Assembly (NCBI GenBank): GCA_047622545.1
Contig: JBLHOD010000001.1
Coordinates: 1 to 39,547 of the forward strand
Length of the DNA: 39,547 bases
Direction of reading: 5' to 3'
Source: Polaribacter sp.
GTDB lineage: Bacteria; Bacteroidota; Bacteroidia; Flavobacteriales; Flavobacteriaceae
Program-made: the position numbers and the translations under genes
Notes under the pieces: generated by a model
What the model was told of the DNA's origin: nothing
Databases searched by the model: none
The model's input: only the letters and a program-made list of their open reading frames with translations
Shown here: in pieces, positions 16,581-25,586 of the stretch
Layout: every line of letters begins with the position of its first letter
Position numbering within the stretch: position 1 is the stretch's first letter

Positions 16581-17080
16581 TATAATTTGAATAAACTTTT
16601 TTAACATTTTTTAAGTAAAAAGTATTTTTATAAACCAATACTTATAACACCTTTTTTTTATGATAAATTAATTATTATATTTTCAAAATTAGAATTTTTT
16701 TTTCAAAAAACTAATAATATACGGAAGAAAGATTACGGTTTAACCGTATTTTTTATTAGCTCATTTACACAATAATAATAACCATAATAAAGCTACTTTT
16801 ATAATTTAAATTAAACGCAATTTTGTTTTATAAGTTGGCAGTGTTTTATTCAAACATTTACCACGATAATTCAACAAAGATATAATTTATCATTTGTTGC
16901 ATTAAGTTATTGAATGCTCACGCGTTTTTCTCAATTCATTGCTAACTCAAATATATCCGAAAATATAAAAAACAAATTAAGTTATTTTATTAATATTCAG
17001 TACATTATTAGAGTATAATTAAACGAACAAAATTCGTTTTTATTTTTGATACTTAGATCAAATATAAACTTTTAGTATTT

Positions 17081-18784
17081 CTAAATAACTGTAGGATCAC
17101 TCATGTTAAATTCTCCTTCAGAAGTTACAAACTTGGTCCAGGTTGGTCGCATTACTAAATATTTGAATGCATCTGAATAATTGGTAGAATACATCGGTCG
17201 TAAATGCATGGCTAATTTTTCAGAAGATTTGTCTTTATATATTTTTGACGCTCCAGTTCTATCTCTTCTATTGTCAATTTTGGTCAACTCAATAGAACTT
17301 TTTACACATTTACAATTGAATTTGTCAATTTTTAATTTTGGTAAACCTTTCACAGTTTCGCCCATCATTCCTTTAACAAAATTATACTCATCTTCTTGCA
17401 AAATTGTTCCTTGGCCAACGCTCATTAATTCAACATACCAACCGGTAGAGTTTCCAAATTCATCATACTCAATTGCTTTTTTTAGCGCAGAAGCCCAATC
17501 TCGTTTGGTATTTGCGTTTTGATTTCCCGAACGGTCATAATACAATTTTAGTTTTTTTAATTTATGATATTTATAGTATTCTCTATATTGTTTTCCCAAT
17601 TGTATTTCATTCTCTGGAGCAAGCGTATGAAATTCTTTTAATAAATATAAATATTCTCCTCTAGGTTGTGCTGTAACCATACTGCACATTCCTCCAAAAT
17701 CTACACCCGCTTCTAATTCTTGATTATGATCAATATACCTTAAAGCTAGTGAGCTTTCTTCAATAGTATCTAAAATTCCAAATTTATCATAATAAGAATT
17801 TATGGTTCCATCTTCAAAAAAATGATGCTCTCCAAGATTGCCATAAAACTTTTCACCTTTTGTTAAATTGACTTTAAAGGACAAAATAGCACTTTTAAAT
17901 TCTTCGATTCCAAGAGCTTTTAAACTGTCTTTAAAAAATCCTTGCGTTAAAACATCCACATTTACAAAAGAAGAAACAACATAAAAAAATGTCAAATCTT
18001 TACGAGCTCTTATCCAACGCTCTCGCCATCTACCTAAATTTTTTCTTAATTGCTCAACCTTAATTTTATCATTGTCTTTTTGAGCATTATACAATTCAAT
18101 GTTAATTTCATTTAACACCAGGGCACAATTCAAAGCCAATTTCACCTGGTCTAAGTCCATGTCTTTTTCATGCTGCATTATCCAATCTTCATCACCATCT
18201 AAAATATTAGGCATATCGGTGGTAAATGTTCGACCTCTATAAAAAACAGAATGGCCAAACTGTGCATATTCTCCACGAATTGCTGGATTTAGCTTTTTAA
18301 GTTTTTGAAATTTTAACAAACGAGCTTCATCCCCAAAAATATGTTGAAATGAATCTCCAGCCAAACCTGAAGGTTGATCTAAACTTCCAAGACTAAACAT
18401 ACATCCATTGTAAATAGATATGGTATGTTTGAAACTTTCGACTGGCTTGTAGTTTAATTTAAAATGATTTGGAGGTCTTTTGTCTGTTACATAATGAATT
18501 CCTTCTTTCCATCCTTCACGGTTCCAACCCTCAATAAGTGTTGGAACTACATTACGCATTGCATTTACATACGTATCAGAAACAAATACACTACGACTGC
18601 GTGGCATATCTTCTACAACATTAATAGATCGCTTTGCAATTATTTCTGATGTTTTGGCAGTTGCACGACCAGCAATTCCGTAAAAATCTTTTGGCTGAAT
18701 TAAATCTACTAAAATCGTAAACCAATTAGCATAAATAGATTCTATATTTATGTCATCAGCCTTTACGTGGGTTTTCCGACTCAT
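17081..18784 (-). CDS. terL: Terminase large subunit of prophage B
   Basis: Walker A-like AGRATAKT, Walker B IFGDEA, RNase H-like nuclease motifs AGVDFG, YYDRSG, YSDAFKY. Confidence 0.88.
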   Translation of the reverse strand: MSRKTHVKADDINIESIYANWFTILVDLIQPKDFYGIAGRATAKTSEIIAKRSINVVEDMPRSRSVFVSDTYVNAMRNVVPTLIEGWNREGWKEGIHYVTDKRPPNHFKLNYKPVESFKHTISIYNGCMFSLGSLDQPSGLAGDSFQHIFGDEARLLKFQKLKKLNPAIRGEYAQFGHSVFYRGRTFTTDMPNILDGDEDWIMQHEKDMDLDQVKLALNCALVLNEINIELYNAQKDNDKIKVEQLRKNLGRWRERWIRARKDLTFFYVVSSFVNVDVLTQGFFKDSLKALGIEEFKSAILSFKVNLTKGEKFYGNLGEHHFFEDGTINSYYDKFGILDTIEESSLALRYIDHNQELEAGVDFGGMCSMVTAQPRGEYLYLLKEFHTLAPENEIQLGKQYREYYKYHKLKKLKLYYDRSGNQNANTKRDWASALKKAIEYDEFGNSTGWYVELMSVGQGTILQEDEYNFVKGMMGETVKGLPKLKIDKFNCKCVKSSIELTKIDNRRDRTGASKIYKDKSSEKLAMHLRPMYSTNYSDAFKYLVMRPTWTKFVTSEGEFNMSDPTVI

Positions 18785-19394
18785 CTTGAAATATTTTTAA
18801 TTCATAACCTGGAACTAAGGCTTCTTGTTTAATTCTATTTTTTTCTTTTTCTGTAAGTTCTGGAAGAGCATCAATCATTTTAGACAATTTTTGTCTATCT
18901 ACAGTACCAAATTCAAAAATTGAAGCATCAAGACTATATAATTTAACCGGTCTTCTAAATAATTCTTCAGGAAGTTTCTCTTCATCTGGTTCGTTAACAC
19001 CTCTCACAGAAATGATATCAAGAATCATTTTTGATATTTTAGCGGCATCATTTATATCTTTCATATTCAACATAGCAAAGTGAATTACTTTGTCTAGTTT
19101 TTCAGCATAAATGTTTCGCCAAGCCATTTTAGAAACTACAGCATCTTTATAAAAATATTCGCGAGCTTCAGCAATTATATTTTTTGCTTTGTATCTGGAT
19201 AGCCCATCTACTAACATTAAATGCTTGATGATTGTTTCGTCATTTGCAAATTGGTCTATTCGCATAAGCATTCCCCGAACTTTGTCCAATAGCTCTAAAT
19301 ATTCTGCAATACCAGGAGGAGCATTTTCCAAAGAACCATGTTCCATGAAATCATAAATGTCTTGTAATGTTATATCTTCAATTTTCATCTCCAA
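18756..19394 (-). CDS. Helical protein upstream of terL, candidate terminase small subunit
   Basis: Overlaps the terL start; call is positional. Confidence 0.55.
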   Translation of the reverse strand: MEMKIEDITLQDIYDFMEHGSLENAPPGIAEYLELLDKVRGMLMRIDQFANDETIIKHLMLVDGLSRYKAKNIIAEAREYFYKDAVVSKMAWRNIYAEKLDKVIHFAMLNMKDINDAAKISKMILDIISVRGVNEPDEEKLPEELFRRPVKLYSLDASIFEFGTVDRQKLSKMIDALPELTEKEKNRIKQEALVPGYELKIFQDESENPRKG

Positions 19395-19701
19395 AAAGGC
19401 ATTTGTTTCTTGTATTTATAATTTCAATTTCTTTGCTTTCTTTTAGGAAAATTTGTGCTGCAGTAATATTGCCACTTTCTGCCAATTCTTTTTGCTTATT
19501 CATAATGTTGAATTGACTCACTAATTTTCCTCTCTCATAAGATTTTCTAACCTCTGATTCTTTATTATTCCAGATTTCTACGAACGCTTTTTTATCTACA
19601 TCTAAATACAAAGCAATTTGAGGAAGGCTATAATTTACAGCTGCCAAATCGTGAATGTTTGTGTATTCTTCTTCAGAAAATTTTAGAGGTAAGTAGTTCA
19701 T
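19378..19701 (-). CDS. Small HTH protein, TerS-like
   Basis: YSLPQIALYLDVD HTH; ELAESGNITAAQIFL resembles terminase-small-like motifs. Confidence 0.55.
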   Translation of the reverse strand: MNYLPLKFSEEEYTNIHDLAAVNYSLPQIALYLDVDKKAFVEIWNNKESEVRKSYERGKLVSQFNIMNKQKELAESGNITAAQIFLKESKEIEIINTRNKCLFGDEN

Positions 19702-20288
19702 TAATAAGTTTTCAAATTAGCATTTGTAAAAAGTTCTTTTCTAAAATCATACAATCCCTTACTATTTGCAAAAAGATATTGTTCGTAATGTGCGTTTTCG
19801 CTCCAGTTTCCAGAACCTTCAACGACATAATGAAAATCTGCTGTTTTCATAATACACACTTTTGCATGTGACCAGGCATAAACTGCTTTTATATTTCCTC
19901 TTGAGCTACATAATGCTTTTAAATGTTCTATTGTAGTAGGATTTCGTTTAATCATACTATCGGAAATCATTATTGTTATTTGCTCAATCATTCCTTTGTC
20001 GTGCATTTCTACCAAAGCATCAATAACTCTGCGTGAAATAGAGTAGGTGCAAGCATGTAATTCCTTAATAGTAAACATTCGTGCAATCATAGGAATAAAA
20101 GTAAAAGCATTAAAAGCCTTATCACTTTGTAAAAAGAAAAACTCATCAACACTTGGCAGTCTGTTTAAATCTTGATCTAAAGAACTAATCTTTTGAAAAT
20201 GATTGGCAACATATTTACTGGTCCAGAGCTCTGATGGTTTTTCTTCCTTTTCCTTTTTTAAGTTTTTATAATCAAATAGTTTATTCAC
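19701..20288 (-). CDS. Single-domain phospholipase D-family (HKD) nuclease-like protein
   Basis: SHAKV....VEGSGNWS....EQ = HxK...GSxN...E pattern. Confidence 0.75.
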   Translation of the reverse strand: MNKLFDYKNLKKEKEEKPSELWTSKYVANHFQKISSLDQDLNRLPSVDEFFFLQSDKAFNAFTFIPMIARMFTIKELHACTYSISRRVIDALVEMHDKGMIEQITIMISDSMIKRNPTTIEHLKALCSSRGNIKAVYAWSHAKVCIMKTADFHYVVEGSGNWSENAHYEQYLFANSKGLYDFRKELFTNANLKTY

Positions 20289-21303
20289 TCACTCCTAATT
20301 TTTGTTTAACTAGATTTAGTTTGAATTCACGATTTAAAATTAAACGATTAACGTTTAAAATTTTAGTTTCATCGCCAGATGCTTTTTCAATTTTTTTAGT
20401 TTGATCATGAAAATATTTACTAGATGAATTTATGAATTTAAGACATTCGTCTTTTGTCATATTTTCAACCTCTCTAGTAATAATTGTTTGAACGAATAAA
20501 GGATGCTCACCTAATAATTTTCCATTCTCTTTGTAGTATTGTAATTCTTTGTGAAGAGCTAAATTTTCATTGTAGTCTTCTTCAACAAGTTTTGCCAATT
20601 CATCTTCTTCAACTTTCGGAAGTTCTAAAGTCTTATCTAGTACTTGCTGTAGTTTTGCGTGATTCTCTTCATATCTTTTGAATGCAGCAACTTTTCGACC
20701 TACAACTGTATGAAGTATATCTGGACAATTTTTATCGTTTAAGAAAGGATATTCTTCTCTTAGTGGTTGATGTTTTGATTTTGTTGTGTTTTCAGTTTCT
20801 AAACCTTTTAAGTATTCTTGATGCTCTGGAGAATTCAAAATAGTAGTTAATTCTTCTATTAAAATTTCAGTAATTTCACCTCTAATAACTAATTCAAAAG
20901 ATTCATCTTTTAAAACAATTTCAATAATTTCCTCTAATCCAGCAACACGATTTTCGACTTGACTATTTTTAGCCCATTCTCTTAATTGCTCTTGATTCAT
21001 ATCTAAAATGAATTGAGGAATTACTTGAGGCTCATCATTACCAACAACTTTCATTTTTGGAGAAGCTTGTGGTTTTGCTTTTACTAAATCAATATCAGTA
21101 ATCGCACAAAGTTTTTTTAAATCATATAAAAGAAACTCTAAATTAGAATCAGAAAAACCAACTCTATTTAATTTTTGCAATTGAAAATCTTCTTTGTTTG
21201 GCAATTTTTTGTAAAGCCCCAAAGCTTTATTGAATTGCTCATATTTACTTTTTGGTAAACTCACCAAAAATAATATGGCTGCTGCTTTAATATTTTGTGA
21301 CAT
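20281..21303 (-). CDS. Phage hypothetical protein (start probably ATG 21303, not 21423)
   Basis: Long ORF; the upstream in-frame extension overlaps a terminator and the conserved promoter motif. Confidence 0.75.
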   Translation of the reverse strand: MSQNIKAAAILFLVSLPKSKYEQFNKALGLYKKLPNKEDFQLQKLNRVGFSDSNLEFLLYDLKKLCAITDIDLVKAKPQASPKMKVVGNDEPQVIPQFILDMNQEQLREWAKNSQVENRVAGLEEIIEIVLKDESFELVIRGEITEILIEELTTILNSPEHQEYLKGLETENTTKSKHQPLREEYPFLNDKNCPDILHTVVGRKVAAFKRYEENHAKLQQVLDKTLELPKVEEDELAKLVEEDYNENLALHKELQYYKENGKLLGEHPLFVQTIITREVENMTKDECLKFINSSSKYFHDQTKKIEKASGDETKILNVNRLILNREFKLNLVKQKLGVSE

Positions 21304-21332
21304 AACTATTATTTTACTTAGTTTATTTATTT

Positions 21333-21371
21333 CAAAGATGGTAATTACCTTTTTTTTTTCGTGTGACATGG
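21333..21371 (-). promoter_or_regulatory. Putative phage late promoter 3
   Basis: - strand CCATGTCACAC-N20-CATCTTTG. Confidence 0.7.
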
Positions 21372-21381
21372 TGCACACATA

Positions 21382-21410
21382 AAAAAAGCCTCTGATTAAC
21401 AGAGGCTTCT
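21382..21410 (-). terminator. Intrinsic terminator of the capsid operon
   Basis: AAGCCTCTG/CAGAGGCTT stem; A-run on + strand gives a U-tail on the - strand. Confidence 0.75.
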
Positions 21411-21431
21411 TAACATTAAACAAACAACTAT

Positions 21432-22253
21432 TTAACTACGAGATAATTCAATAAAATAGGCTGTTGTTCCTGCGTTAACAACCATAAAATTGATAACAGC
21501 ATTTTCTAAGGCTGTCCAAGTAGTTCCATTTAATAAAACTACAGTAACAAGATTAGAAGGTCCAGAATCTAATGTTGCTGGATCACTACCACCTTGACCA
21601 ATTAATGTGATAGTTTGTTTTTGATACATTCCTGTAAAATCAAATTCTATTGGAACCGAGGTTGATAAAGCAGGCAACTTATAATTATATCCATTATTAA
21701 TATTTATTGGCACTGCCGAAATATCGGTTACAATAAAAGGATGAGCTAATACTACATCGCCTTCATAATGTTTAGGTACTAAACTTGTTTTCGCAAAAGC
21801 TTCAAAGTTAAACGTATGGAATCTTCCATCGTTATTGTCAGTTTTAGAAGGCTTTAATTGCAATGGAGCACAAGGAGTTCCCATTACTTCATAAAAATCT
21901 TCTTGACAAGCTCTATGTAATATAATTACATTTTTGCCAAGTAAATTTTGTGTAAGCTCTTTAACAGCTAAACCATTACCAGGATGTTGCATCATATATT
22001 TCTGAGAAATATTTATGGAGTCTTCATCACCATCACTTTCATAAGGAGCTTCTGTTTTAGATTTTGTTCCGTAAACAGTAATAGGGTATTTACCTGATTT
22101 CATTAAAAAATTACCTATCATTTTTACTCCGTTTGGATCACTTGGAGGAAAAACTGCAATATCTTCTACAATCATTATAATTGTATCTCCTTTTGGAGCA
22201 CCAGAGCCGGGACTAATCCCGCTCTGTTTTGCTAAATTTGGAAATGTATACAT
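21432..22253 (-). CDS. Virion structural protein after the capsid gene (tail-tube/decoration candidate)
   Basis: Beta-rich, directly downstream of the capsid gene; C-terminal domain resembles the capsid C-terminal repeats. Confidence 0.6.
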   Translation of the reverse strand: MYTFPNLAKQSGISPGSGAPKGDTIIMIVEDIAVFPPSDPNGVKMIGNFLMKSGKYPITVYGTKSKTEAPYESDGDEDSINISQKYMMQHPGNGLAVKELTQNLLGKNVIILHRACQEDFYEVMGTPCAPLQLKPSKTDNNDGRFHTFNFEAFAKTSLVPKHYEGDVVLAHPFIVTDISAVPININNGYNYKLPALSTSVPIEFDFTGMYQKQTITLIGQGGSDPATLDSGPSNLVTVVLLNGTTWTALENAVINFMVVNAGTTAYFIELSRS

Positions 22254-22280
22254 TTTCTATTTTTTTTTATTAGTTAATAA

Positions 22281-24443
22281 TTAGGCTACAACTCTTTTGA
22301 TTTCTACCCAAACACCATCTACCAACATCAATTCGATATAATCAGCAGCTGTTCCTAAAGTTAAAGCAGCAGTTAAAGAAATTCCTTCACCAGTTACCAT
22401 TGTAACTTCTATGTCTACTAAATCAGTTCCATAGATTTTGATAGTTTTTCCTTCAACACCATTTATGATTGATGTAACTGCTAAATCTGCATCACCTGAA
22501 TAAGTAAATACATTTCCTTCGTTTGCATCAATTACAGCAGTATCATAATTAACATTATTTGTAATTGGTCCAGCTGGTTCAGTTGTTCTTGAAACTTGCA
22601 TAAATGTTCCATCTTCTTTTACTAATAACGTTAGTGTACCACCATTATTTAAAGCAAAATCAGAACCAATAACAATCTTAGTATTTTTTTTAACAGCTTT
22701 TGCAGATGCTAATCCTGTGTTACCTGTAATTTTAATAACCATTCCTGGTACAGCTCCTTCAATAGCAGTAATATCAGTGTTGAATGTTTTATCAACTGTC
22801 ATGTTATTAAATGTCAATTTAATAATACCAGTTTCATCATCAAACAATGGAGCTGTTATAGACTTATCAAAAATAGGAGCATCATTAGACCATACCATTT
22901 GTCTTTCAAATTCCGCTGGATCACCTTCAGCTAATTTAACACCTACATATTTGAAACCAATTCCTAAACGGTAATCAGCAAATATGTTTGTATCTCTTTT
23001 ATCTTGCTGAGTAACGAACTTACTTTTTTCGTTTGCGTTATAATCTAATATATCAACATTTGAAGATTTAGTAATTCCAATGAATAAAGATTTAGTTTGG
23101 TCTTTTAACGGTTGAAAAATAAAGTTTGGGTAATCAATTGGATGATTTTTTGTGTATTGCATCATTCCTTGATCTGTATTATACTGTAATTGATATTCTT
23201 TTCCAGCACGCTCACGATACCAAGCCTCTAATTGTGTTGACATTTGAATCTCCATTCCTTGTTGATTTCTATCTTCTTCAGGAATAGATTCAATCATTTC
23301 ACGGATATAATCAACAATATTTGCTTTAGTTGGCAATCCATATGAAACTGAGAAAGGTTTGTATTTTTCAGTTACAAATCTATGATACCACCATAAATAA
23401 CGTAAACCATTTTGCGAATTTACATTTGCACCTGGATTACCATCACCTTCTGGAGACTCCACAAAAATACCATTGATTTGAGCTACTCTGTCGTCTAATT
23501 TTTGACGTTTTACTAATTCACCTAATAAATACCCAATGAAAGTAGTTTTGAATGGAGAAGAACCTTCACGGTTATAATTTCTAATCCAAGTATTTTCAAT
23601 TTCTTGTAATTCATACCCTTCAAACGTTATATCAATTTTCTTTCTAAAAACTTGACGTTGTTCTGCAGCAATTTTGAATTTGTTTTTTGGAGACCATCCT
23701 TTTTTACGCCCTTGAACAATTTCAGCAGCCAAGAAAGAACCATTTGCAATTCTATCTAGAACACCTGTAGTACGTGACCATTGTTTTGGTAAATCTTCAA
23801 AGTCGTTAAATAATGAATCTAATTGGGTAGGATTTTCACGAACAAAATGCTCTAAATCATCTTGAAGTAAAGGGATTTTAGAATCAGTCATAAAGTCTGT
23901 AGCTTTTACACTACCGTCTCTTAAACGTGCGTTCCAAGGTCTTTTATCAAAAGCATCCCAATCTTTACCAGACGCATGTAAATGTGTTTCTGAATGTTTC
24001 ATTGATTTGTTAAATTCATTTTTAATAATCGCTTCTGGAGAATCTCCAATATCTTCAGCAATTAGTTTTTTGACCATTTCATTGGTTTTTTGTTGGTCAG
24101 CCTTAATTGCTTGAAGAGTTTCTAACATTCCTGTTTCGCCTTTTTCGTTTTTTGCAATTTTTGCAATTTCTTCAGCGGACAAATTAGATTCTTTTACTAA
24201 AGCATCAATCTCATCTTGAATTGCTTTTAAATCCATTTGTTCATTGTCCTTCATAGCTATTAACTCATTGTTAAACGCTTTTTTTAGATCTTCAAGTTTA
24301 ACATCACCTAAGTGAGCTTTTAACTTTTCGTCTTGTTCTGCTGTAAAATCAACCACATTGTTTTCGGCATTTACCGGAATCTCCGATATGTTTAGCAAGG
24401 CCATTAGGAATGTGGCTGTTTTAGCCAAAAATTTCCATTTCAT
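22281..24443 (-). CDS. Major capsid protein with N-terminal scaffold-like coil and C-terminal extra domains
   Basis: Follows the S49 protease; charged helical N-terminus, ~350-aa core, two repeated beta domains. Confidence 0.72.
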   Translation of the reverse strand: MKWKFLAKTATFLMALLNISEIPVNAENNVVDFTAEQDEKLKAHLGDVKLEDLKKAFNNELIAMKDNEQMDLKAIQDEIDALVKESNLSAEEIAKIAKNEKGETGMLETLQAIKADQQKTNEMVKKLIAEDIGDSPEAIIKNEFNKSMKHSETHLHASGKDWDAFDKRPWNARLRDGSVKATDFMTDSKIPLLQDDLEHFVRENPTQLDSLFNDFEDLPKQWSRTTGVLDRIANGSFLAAEIVQGRKKGWSPKNKFKIAAEQRQVFRKKIDITFEGYELQEIENTWIRNYNREGSSPFKTTFIGYLLGELVKRQKLDDRVAQINGIFVESPEGDGNPGANVNSQNGLRYLWWYHRFVTEKYKPFSVSYGLPTKANIVDYIREMIESIPEEDRNQQGMEIQMSTQLEAWYRERAGKEYQLQYNTDQGMMQYTKNHPIDYPNFIFQPLKDQTKSLFIGITKSSNVDILDYNANEKSKFVTQQDKRDTNIFADYRLGIGFKYVGVKLAEGDPAEFERQMVWSNDAPIFDKSITAPLFDDETGIIKLTFNNMTVDKTFNTDITAIEGAVPGMVIKITGNTGLASAKAVKKNTKIVIGSDFALNNGGTLTLLVKEDGTFMQVSRTTEPAGPITNNVNYDTAVIDANEGNVFTYSGDADLAVTSIINGVEGKTIKIYGTDLVDIEVTMVTGEGISLTAALTLGTAADYIELMLVDGVWVEIKRVVA

Positions 24444-24459
24444 CTTTTAAAATTTTAAA

Positions 24460-25353
24460 TTAAACATTTGATTTATATAGTGATTTCATTTCACTCAACA
24501 CTAAAGCCAAATTAATGGCATCTTCTAAACTTCCCATACTGTCAGCCAATCCAATTCCGATAGCTTTATCAGTATAAAATGTTTTTCCTGTTATTACTCC
24601 AGGTTCTCTTAAATCTAAATTTGGTCTAGCTTTTTTAACCGCATTTTGAAAATTGATTGCTAAAGGAGAAAGCATTTCATCTTTAATCATATCGTATTTT
24701 CCATCCAAGGCTAACAAAAAAGCTTGATTTTTTGTTTCTGATTCTTTTGGATAAATATCATGAAAAGTATATCCTAATGTTTCAAGATATTTTTGATTAT
24801 CTTTAAAAGACAATACAACTCCAACAGAACCAATAGTAGCCGAAATATCATTACTAGCCATTACATGATCGCAACATGAATACATTGCATATAAGTGAGC
24901 GGAACAACATTGGTCATACAATCCGATAACTGGCTTAGTTTTCATTTTTCCAAATTCTACAAATGGAGCAATTGCCGAAACAGAACCACCTGGTCCATCA
25001 ATATTTAAAACTATAGCCGCAATGTTTGGATTTTTATCAGCTGCTTTTAAAACTTTTACAATTTCATCAGCACCATAAGTACACCAATCACCATATTTAA
25101 TAATTGCTCCAATCATATCTACAACTGCAATAGAACCTTTTGGAATAGCCATATTACCATCTTGGTCGGCTTTTATGCCATTGATGTTTTCGTCAAAATA
25201 TGATATTAGAGATTTTACTTCATTACTTTGTGGCAATGCAATAGCTTCACCACTCATAATTTTATGAGCAATAATTCCCCAGTGTTGCAAACCATCAAAA
25301 CTCATGGCCCATAGTCCGCGAGAAATTTCATTTAATAAAGGATTTACTTTCAT
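24460..25353 (-). CDS. S49 (SppA/ClpP-like) prohead protease
   Basis: LNIDGPGGSV, CCSAHLY, IGSVGV, GLADSMGSLEDA. Confidence 0.92.
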   Translation of the reverse strand: MKVNPLLNEISRGLWAMSFDGLQHWGIIAHKIMSGEAIALPQSNEVKSLISYFDENINGIKADQDGNMAIPKGSIAVVDMIGAIIKYGDWCTYGADEIVKVLKAADKNPNIAAIVLNIDGPGGSVSAIAPFVEFGKMKTKPVIGLYDQCCSAHLYAMYSCCDHVMASNDISATIGSVGVVLSFKDNQKYLETLGYTFHDIYPKESETKNQAFLLALDGKYDMIKDEMLSPLAINFQNAVKKARPNLDLREPGVITGKTFYTDKAIGIGLADSMGSLEDAINLALVLSEMKSLYKSNV

Positions 25354-25366
25354 AACTTATTTTTTA

Positions 25367-25405
25367 CGAATTTCACGTTTTACAGTTAAAGACTGTGTGA
25401 CATGG
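25367..25405 (-). promoter_or_regulatory. Putative phage late promoter 2
   Basis: - strand CCATGTCACAC-N20-GAAATTCG. Confidence 0.7.
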
Positions 25406-25415
25406 TTTTTACTTA

Positions 25416-25586
25416 TTATTGGAAAATGTTTTTAATTTCTCTATTCATTTTCTTTTTTAAAATCATGATGTCAGCACAAACTTTTCCAAAGTCTTTATAT
25501 GCTGAATCTGAAACTGAGGAAAGACTTTCAATGTTTTCAAACATGGAAGCTCTTTTTAATTGGAGTTTTAATAATTCTTGTTTCAT
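25416..25586 (-). CDS. 56-aa hypothetical protein ending the lysis operon (below the ORF-track cutoff)
   Basis: MKQELLKLQLKRASMFENIE...NIFQ*; ATG overlaps the stop of the upstream gene (TAATG). Confidence 0.55.
   Translation of the reverse strand: MKQELLKLQLKRASMFENIESLSSVSDSAYKDFGKVCADIMILKKKMNREIKNIFQ

Larger units (their letters stand above)
9397..16946. mobile_element. Integron-like gene-cassette array with no integron integrase in the window (CALIN-like)
   Basis: Six complete and several partial AAC...GTT hairpins; cassette ends mutually complementary; ORF stops next to the GTT cores. Confidence 0.78.

Noticed and set aside
9397-16946. CRISPR array or simple terminators as the explanation of the intergenic repeats
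   Set aside because: No constant repeat/spacer period and no cas genes. The stems have ~70-140-nt loops, AAC/GTT boundaries and a wobble bias on the non-coding strand.
113-17080. Left part as a self-contained PICI/satellite (int, rep, HNH, terS, cargo)
   Set aside because: I saw no att copy near 16.5-17 kb, and the long early operon with DnaB looks like a full phage. Kept only as an alternative; an exact search for the 15-mer would settle it.
21304-21423. N-terminal extension of the 380-aa ORF
   Set aside because: It overlaps a terminator and a late promoter; ATG 21303 is the more plausible start.
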